Source: an uncultured Actinomycetota bacterium
GTDB taxonomy: Bacteria; Actinomycetota; Actinomycetes; Mycobacteriales; Geodermatophilaceae
Length of the DNA stretch: 24,000 nucleotides
Direction: 5' to 3'
Assembly: GCA_963777095.1 (NCBI GenBank)
Contig: CAVZOY010000004.1
Location: forward strand, 209,876 to 233,875
Positions 18,741 to 24,000 of the stretch are shown one piece after another. The notes below the pieces were generated by a model that was not told where the DNA came from, ran no database searches, and worked only from the letters and a program-made list of their open reading frames with translations. The translations under genes and the position numbers were made by a program. How positions within the stretch are numbered: position 1 is the stretch's first letter; the number at the start of each line of letters is the position of its first letter.

Positions 18741-19442
18741 ATGACGGTCGTGCTCGCGTTGAAGTGCGCCGACGGCATCGTGCTGGCCGCGGACTCCCAG
18801 ATCACGGACGCCGCCCGCGGGTTGAGCTACCCCGCCCAGAAGCTGCACCCCTTCGGCGGGACCGCGGCGTGGGGCGGGAGCGGGGCGCGCGCCGTGCTGC
18901 TCGAGCTCGAGCACGACTTCGACCGGGGTGCCGCCGCGGTGCTGGGCGCCGACGACGTGGGCCGCGAGCTCCAGGAGCGCGTCGTCCCCCTCCTGCGCCA
19001 TCACTACGGCAACTTCATCGAGACCGTGCCGGGCGAGAAGCAGTCCGGCGCGACGCCGGCCACGTACGTCCTGGTCGCGGGCTACGCACGGGGCGAGCCG
19101 TTCATCGTCGACATCGACCCGCACGGGCTCATCGGACGGTACGAGGACGTGGGGTTCCATGCCGTCGGCAGCGGCTCTGCCATGGCCCAGCAGGCCGGGG
19201 CGCTGCTCGCCCACTTCCGGATGCCCGAGCGGGACGTCGACCACGGCGTGCTGGTCGCGGTGCGCGTCCTCGACGCGCTGCGGATCACCTCACCCAGCGT
19301 CGGTGGCCCGGTCGACGTCTACCGGCTGACGGCCGACGGGGCGTACGGCCTCTCGGACGAGGACGTCGAGCGGGTGCGGGAGCGCGTGCGGCAGTGGGCC
19401 GAGCTCGAGAACGAGGTGCTGGACCGCCTGCCGCGCTCGTGA
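18741..19442 (+). CDS. proteasome beta-subunit-like Ntn (Thr1) hydrolase, standalone, no propeptide
   Basis: GGAAGGAGG SD lies 5 nt before the ATG. Translation: MTVVLALKCADGIVLAADSQITDAARGLSYPAQKLHPFGGTAAWGGSG... Thr is residue 2, so it becomes Thr1 after Met removal. Asp, Lys and Gly fall exactly at mature positions 17, 33 and 47. The GSGS motif (HAVGSGSAMAQ) lies downstream. The protein is 233 aa with a charged C-terminal helix. Confidence 0.8.
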   Translation: MTVVLALKCADGIVLAADSQITDAARGLSYPAQKLHPFGGTAAWGGSGARAVLLELEHDFDRGAAAVLGADDVGRELQERVVPLLRHHYGNFIETVPGEKQSGATPATYVLVAGYARGEPFIVDIDPHGLIGRYEDVGFHAVGSGSAMAQQAGALLAHFRMPERDVDHGVLVAVRVLDALRITSPSVGGPVDVYRLTADGAYGLSDEDVERVRERVRQWAELENEVLDRLPRS

Positions 19443-19451
19443 TCCGGTCGG

Positions 19452-21656
19452 TCAGCGCTCGTCCGTCAGCCCGCGCAGCAGGTACGCCGGCACCGGCTCG
19501 CGCTTGCCCTTGACCAGCACCGGCCCGCGGGCGTCGGTCAGGGCCCGACGGCCGAGCTCCTCGACGGTCCGCTGCCCGACGACGACCTGTCCCGGCTCGG
19601 CCAGGCTCTGCAACCGGGCGGCCAGGTTCGTGGTGTCGCCGATCGCGGTGAAGTTCCGCATCTGCTCCGCGCCGATGTTGCCCACCAGCGCCGGGCCGGT
19701 GTTGATGCCGACGCCGAAGCGCGGCCAGTCGGCGCGGCCGGCGGTCACCTCGGCGACCGCCTCCTGGAGCCCCAGCCCGGCGCGGGCCGCCCGCAGCGCG
19801 TGGTCGGGCTGCCGCGTCGGAGCGCCGAACAGCGCCATCACCTCGTCGCCCACGAACTGCACGACCGTTCCGCCGGCCTCGAGGATCACCGGCACGACGA
19901 CGCCGTAGAAGGTGTTGAGCATCGCCACGACCTCGTCCGGCGGGTGCTGCTCGGAGAAGGAGGTGAAGCCGCGCAGGTCGGCCATCAGCACGGTGACCTC
20001 GGCGATCTCGCCGCCCAGCCCGGCCTGGTCGGGGTCGGCGATCAGCGACGTGGCCACGGCAGGGGACATGTACGAACGGAACAGCCCGTCGAGCTGGTGG
20101 TAGAGCCGGGCGTTCTCCAGCGCGATCGCCGCCTGACCCGCGAAGGACGTCAGCAGCGCGCGGTCCGCGTCCGGAAAGGCCCCGCGCGACCGCCGGGCGC
20201 GCAGCACGCCCGCCGCCCGGTCCTTGACGACCAGTGGGAACGCCAGGTCGGTTCCGTCGGGCGAGGCGACGGTCTCCAGCCGGGCGACCGCCTCGGCCGA
20301 GCGACGGCGCTCCTCCGCGGACGCCGGGCGGGCGTCGTCCAGCGGCGTCAGCTCGCCGGACCGCACCAACTCCAGCCGGACGTCATCGGAGGCGAACGCG
20401 CGGCGGGTGTGCGCCTGCACCCGGCCGAGCAGGTCGTCCTCCTCGCGGATGACCCGCGCCTCCTGGCCCACGTCGACCAGCGCGCCCAGTCGGCGGGCCT
20501 GCTCGCGCTCGTACCGCAGGGCCTCGGCGCTGCGCTCCAGCACGGCCAGCTGCTCCTCGGTGACGTCGAACCGTTCGGCCAGCGCGGCCATGACAGGTCC
20601 CAAGGGCCGGTCCCGGGCGTCGTCGTCGTCCTCGCGCTCGTGCAGCGCTTCGACCATCGTCTCGAGCGCCGCGCTGTAGTCACGGCGCAGGTCGGCGACG
20701 GTCCGGTCGAGCGCAACCGCATCGAAGATGCCGCCCCCGGAGCCCTCCCGGCGGAACTGCACCCAGGCGCTGTAGGCGATGAAGCCGAACGCCAGCGTCA
20801 TGAGCAGGTGCCACTCCCACCAGGACAGCTGCCAGTTGCGGCCGAACACGATCGCCACCGAGGCCTCTGCCAGCAGCGCGAAGGCGGTGAGCACCGACAG
20901 GAGCACGACCCGCGGTCGGCGGCGGTAGACGCGCAGGTAGAGCCCGGCGGCCAGCAGGTAGAGCAGCGGGGTGACGATGCCGAACAGCACCTGGGTCGCC
21001 GGCGCGTCCGGTTGCTCGACGAGCTCCTGCACGCCCGGGAACGACGTCGCCGAGAGCGCGGCGAAGAGGAGGACGAACACCCACGGGAGGGCGGTGAGCT
21101 CCCGGCGCCGGCGCATCAGCCGGGCCGCACCGGTGGGGGAGAACTCGCGAGCCGAGAGGACCGCGACGACGCCGCCCAGCAGCAGGCCGATCGGCGTCGC
21201 CGCCGCGAACGCCGGGGTCGGCGTCTCGAGCAGAACCCCCGGCGTCGCCAGTGCGTGCAGGCCGAGGAACGCTGCGGTGACCTGGAAGACCACGGACACG
21301 AGGAACAGCCGGGCGTCGTCGCGGCGCCGGGCGGCCGCGCCGACCAGCAGCCCGAGGACGACGGCGACGGCCGCCGTTCCGGCGACCAGGCCGAAGTGTG
21401 CCGGCCGGTGCTCCCAGTGCAGGTCCGTGGTCGGCCGGGCGATGAACAGCCACAGGCCCAGCAGCGGCAGGGCCAGGTGCAGCAGCCACACCGCGACCCG
21501 GGCTCCGCCGTTGGAGCGGATCCGGGGCTCTCGGGCGTCCCGAGGGCGGGGCGCGCCGGCGGCATCGCTCGGCGCGCGGTCGGCGCCCGCGGGGATCCGG
21601 GGAGCGGGCACCGCGGTGTCCACCGCGACGCCGTGCATCCGGGATGCGTCGTCCAC
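19452..21656 (-). CDS. membrane-anchored class III adenylate/guanylate cyclase with multi-TM N-terminal domain and GAF domain
   Basis: GGAGGAGG SD precedes GTG 21656. About 8 hydrophobic helices span residues ~55-300. A helical linker follows, then a GAF-like region (..DLAFPLVVKDRAAGVLRARR..ALLTSFAGQAAIALENARLY). The cyclase core reads VTVLMADLRGFTSFSE..GGTVVQFVGDEVMALFGAP..GINTGPALVGNIG..FTAIGDTTNLAARLQS..VLVKGKREPVPAYLL. Confidence 0.88.
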   Translation of the reverse strand: MDDASRMHGVAVDTAVPAPRIPAGADRAPSDAAGAPRPRDAREPRIRSNGGARVAVWLLHLALPLLGLWLFIARPTTDLHWEHRPAHFGLVAGTAAVAVVLGLLVGAAARRRDDARLFLVSVVFQVTAAFLGLHALATPGVLLETPTPAFAAATPIGLLLGGVVAVLSAREFSPTGAARLMRRRRELTALPWVFVLLFAALSATSFPGVQELVEQPDAPATQVLFGIVTPLLYLLAAGLYLRVYRRRPRVVLLSVLTAFALLAEASVAIVFGRNWQLSWWEWHLLMTLAFGFIAYSAWVQFRREGSGGGIFDAVALDRTVADLRRDYSAALETMVEALHEREDDDDARDRPLGPVMAALAERFDVTEEQLAVLERSAEALRYEREQARRLGALVDVGQEARVIREEDDLLGRVQAHTRRAFASDDVRLELVRSGELTPLDDARPASAEERRRSAEAVARLETVASPDGTDLAFPLVVKDRAAGVLRARRSRGAFPDADRALLTSFAGQAAIALENARLYHQLDGLFRSYMSPAVATSLIADPDQAGLGGEIAEVTVLMADLRGFTSFSEQHPPDEVVAMLNTFYGVVVPVILEAGGTVVQFVGDEVMALFGAPTRQPDHALRAARAGLGLQEAVAEVTAGRADWPRFGVGINTGPALVGNIGAEQMRNFTAIGDTTNLAARLQSLAEPGQVVVGQRTVEELGRRALTDARGPVLVKGKREPVPAYLLRGLTDER

Positions 21657-21857
21657 CGGCCCCCTCCTCCCCCTGCCGGACCGTACTCAGCGGCCATGCG
21701 GCCGAACACCGCTTTCGCGGCGATCGAGGGCCGCGAAGAGGCTTCCGTCGCTCCCGGGCTGAGCCACACTCCCAACAGACGTCCAGCCGGAGCACAGCCG
21801 CGCCCCGGCTGCGCACCGGACGCTCGTCGGACATCGCCCCCGACGTCCGGAGTTCCC

Positions 21858-22793
21858 ATGCGCGACGACCGCCCGCCCACCCCCGCCTTCGAGGGGCGTC
21901 CGCTGCCGCGTCCCGACGAGGAACTCGTCGACCAGGGCCTCGCCTTCGACGTCGGCACGCTGCTGAGCCGTCGTACGGTGCTGCGGTTCCTCGGGATCGG
22001 GGCGGCCACCGCCGGCCTCGCCGCATGCGGGGCTACGAGCTCGTCGTCGTCCTCGACGGCGGCGTCGTCGTCGGGCGGCGCCGCGACGGCCGCGGGTGAG
22101 ATCCCGGACGAGACCGCCGGCCCGTACCCGGGCGACGGCTCCAACGGCCCCGACGTGCTGGAGCAGAGCGGGATCGTGCGCTCGGACATCCGCTCCAGCT
22201 TCGGCGACTCCAGCGGCACCGCCGAGGGTGTGACGATGACACTGGAGCTGACCGTGCGGGATCTGGCCAACGGCGGGGTGCCGTTCGAGGGCGTCGCGGT
22301 CTACGTCTGGCATTGCGACAGCCAGGGGCGGTACTCGATGTACTCCGACGGCGTCACCGACCAGAACTTCCTGCGCGGGGTCCAGGTGGCCGATGCCTCC
22401 GGAAAGGTGCGCTTCACCAGCGTCGTCCCGGGCTGCTACGACGGCCGGTGGCCGCACATCCATTTCGAGGTCTACCCGAACCAGAGCAGCATTCGCGACT
22501 CGACCAGCGCGATCGCGACGTCCCAGGTCGCCCTGCCGCAGGACGTCTGCGAGCAGGTCTACGCGCGGTCCGGGTACGACGGATCGACGAGCAACCTCTC
22601 CCGCGTGAGCCTGACCGGCGACAACGTCTTCGGCGACGACGGCGCGGCCAGTCAGCTCGCCACGGTCAGCGGCGACGTCAGCAGCGGCTTCACCGTCGCG
22701 CTGCCGGTGGCCGTGGACACCACGACGACGCCGACGGGCGGTTCGATGGGCGGCGGCCCGGGCGGCGGGCCGGGTGGCCCGCCCGGCTCCTGA
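21858..22793 (+). CDS. intradiol ring-cleavage dioxygenase-family protein with Tat signal and lipobox (predicted exported lipoprotein)
   Basis: Translation: MRDDRPP..GLAFDVGTLLSRRTVLRFLGIGAATAGLAACG (SRR twin-arginine motif, L-A-A-C lipobox), Ser-rich linker, ETAGPYPGDG.., VYVWHCDSQGRYS.., VVPGCYDGRWPHIHFEVY (dioxygenase C-terminal core). The tail is Thr/Gly/Pro-rich: TTTTPTGGSMGGGPGGGPGGPPGS*. Confidence 0.85.
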   Translation: MRDDRPPTPAFEGRPLPRPDEELVDQGLAFDVGTLLSRRTVLRFLGIGAATAGLAACGATSSSSSSTAASSSGGAATAAGEIPDETAGPYPGDGSNGPDVLEQSGIVRSDIRSSFGDSSGTAEGVTMTLELTVRDLANGGVPFEGVAVYVWHCDSQGRYSMYSDGVTDQNFLRGVQVADASGKVRFTSVVPGCYDGRWPHIHFEVYPNQSSIRDSTSAIATSQVALPQDVCEQVYARSGYDGSTSNLSRVSLTGDNVFGDDGAASQLATVSGDVSSGFTVALPVAVDTTTTPTGGSMGGGPGGGPGGPPGS

Positions 22794-22875
22794 CGGATCA
22801 CGCACTCCCGGGTGTCGGGGCGGCGCGGTAGTTTTTCCCGACGTCCGAACGCGCGGTCGACCCTGGCGGGGGTGA

Positions 22876-24000
22876 ACGAACCTGGCAGCCGAACCCGGTG
22901 AGCACGCCGGCGAACTCGATGCCCTCGAGCAGGCCATCGCGGCGCTGGACGGCCAGCGGGCGATCCTGGGCGACCAGGTGGTCGACACCGCGCTGCAGCC
23001 GCTGGTCGACAAGCGTGACCGGCTGCTCGCCCAGTCCGTCGGCGAGCAGCGCAAGGTCGTCACGGTCCTCTTCGCCGACATGGTCGACTCGACCCCGCTG
23101 GCGCGGCGCCTCGACCCCGAGGACCTCCAGCAGGTCATGAGCCGCTACTTCAGTGCGCTGCGTACGGCGGTCCAGGCCGAGGGCGGCGTGGTGGAGAAGT
23201 TCATCGGCGACGCCGTCATGGCCGTCTTCGGTCTCTACCGGTCGCGGGAGGACGACGCCGTCCGGGCGGTGCGCTCGGGCCTCGCGATGCTCGACGCCGT
23301 CGAGAAGCTCAGCGTCGAGGTGGAGGCCACCCACGGGCTGCGGGTGCGCATGCGCGTCGGCATCGACACCGGCGAGGTCCTGGTCACCGGCATGGCCGGG
23401 CAGACCGCGGGCGAATTCATGGTCGTGGGCGACACGGTCAACCGCTCGGCGCGGCTGCAGGCTGCCGCGCAGGCCGGCACGGTGCTGGTGTCCACCGAGA
23501 CCGTCAACCAGGTGCGCGGATCCTTCGGCCTGCGCCGGGTGCCGGGCCTGAAGCTCAAGGGCATCGACGGCACCGTCGACGCGTACGCCGTCGTGGCCGC
23601 CGACGAGCGCCCGGAGTTCTGGCCGGAGGCGCGCGGCATCGAGGGCCTGGTCACCCGCACCGTCGGCCGCGAGTCCGAGCTGGCCCAGCTCCAGCAGGTC
23701 TACGACGAGGTCGTGACCTCGCGCAGTCGCCGGATCGTCACCGTCGTCGGCGAGGCGGGCGTGGGCAAGTCGCGGCTCGTCCACGACATCGAGACCTGGC
23801 TGGCGGCGCTGCCGACGGAGGTGTGGGTGCTGCGCGGGCGCGCGTCGCCTGCGACACAGGACGTCGCCAACGGCCTGCTGCGCAGCGTCTTCGCCGAACG
23901 GCTCCGCATCCGGGGCACCGACGACCCCGGCCGGGTGCGGCGACGCTGGGCCGGCGGCTGGTACGAGTTGCTGGGCGAGCCCAGCACCGGCGGACGGGCC
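22876..24000 (+). CDS. class III adenylate/guanylate cyclase domain fused to an AAA/P-loop ATPase (large multidomain regulator); 3' end beyond the window, start codon unresolved
   Basis: Own translation (no stop in the window, so absent from the ORF track): ..GELDALEQAIAALDGQRAILGDQVVDTALQPLVDKRDRLLAQSVGEQRKVVTVLFADMVDSTPLARRLDPEDLQQVMSRYF..VEKFIGDAVMAVFG..VGIDTGEVLVTG..VVGDTVNRSARLQAAA..LKLKGIDGTVDAY.. then VGRESELAQLQQVY..IVTVVGEAGVGKSRL (Walker A). The frame opens after TGA 22873-22875. The first canonical in-frame start is GTG 22978, downstream of conserved sequence. Confidence 0.8.

Noticed and set aside
17814-19244. 476-aa minus-strand ORF covering the SemiSWEET region and the proteasome-like gene.
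   Set aside because: It has no recognisable motifs, is antisense to two motif-supported genes, and its composition is typical of a shadow frame.
19800-22793. 997-aa plus-strand ORF.
   Set aside because: Residues before M at 21858 are antisense to the well-supported GAF-cyclase gene and are Arg/Gly/Gln-rich nonsense. Only the last 311 codons (the dioxygenase-family protein) are coding-like.

Overview
This is a very GC-rich window of actinobacterial type that looks like core chromosome, not an obvious mobile island. All calls come from reading the sequence and the ORF track by eye; no searches were run.

Gene order, left to right:
- katG (5' part, minus strand; runs off the left edge) and a furA-like Fur regulator.
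- A DUF218/YdcF-like protein and a conserved hypothetical.
- DNA primase dnaG, followed by two small hypotheticals.
- tRNA-Asn(GTT) with a strong hairpin after it.
- Two hypotheticals.
- A YCII-like protein plus an extended ECF-type sigma factor.
- A small membrane ORF.
- A head-to-head pair of truncated gene ends (universal stress protein and AEC permease).
- A hotdog acyl-CoA thioesterase.
- A SorC regulator translationally coupled to an APH-family kinase.
- Divergent from that pair, a mannitol-type PTS operon (EIICB, EIIA) with a GatD-like Zn-dehydrogenase.
- An alpha/beta hydrolase.
- A large SARP/AfsR-type regulator (BTAD, NB-ARC, TPR).
- A SemiSWEET-like PQ-loop protein.
- An orphan proteasome-beta-like Thr1 hydrolase.
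- A membrane GAF class III nucleotide cyclase.
- A Tat-lipoprotein intradiol-dioxygenase-like protein.
- The 5' part of a cyclase-AAA ATPase regulator, which runs off the right edge.

Main observations:
1. The left ~6.4 kb is dense with single-nucleotide reading-frame breaks, including at least 7 in the essential dnaG. Most are of the extra-base type. The middle of the window is clean. This most likely reflects sequence or consensus quality and must be considered before calling pseudogenes.
2. The standalone proteasome-like protein has an exactly placed Thr1/Asp17/Lys33/Gly47 set and no known partner genes nearby.
3. There is a clear deletion scar at about 8520.
4. The hexitol PTS operon has non-canonical regulator and dehydrogenase partners.

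No CRISPR array, IS element, integrase or rRNA was seen. Several very long ORFs in the track are GC-driven shadow frames and were rejected.
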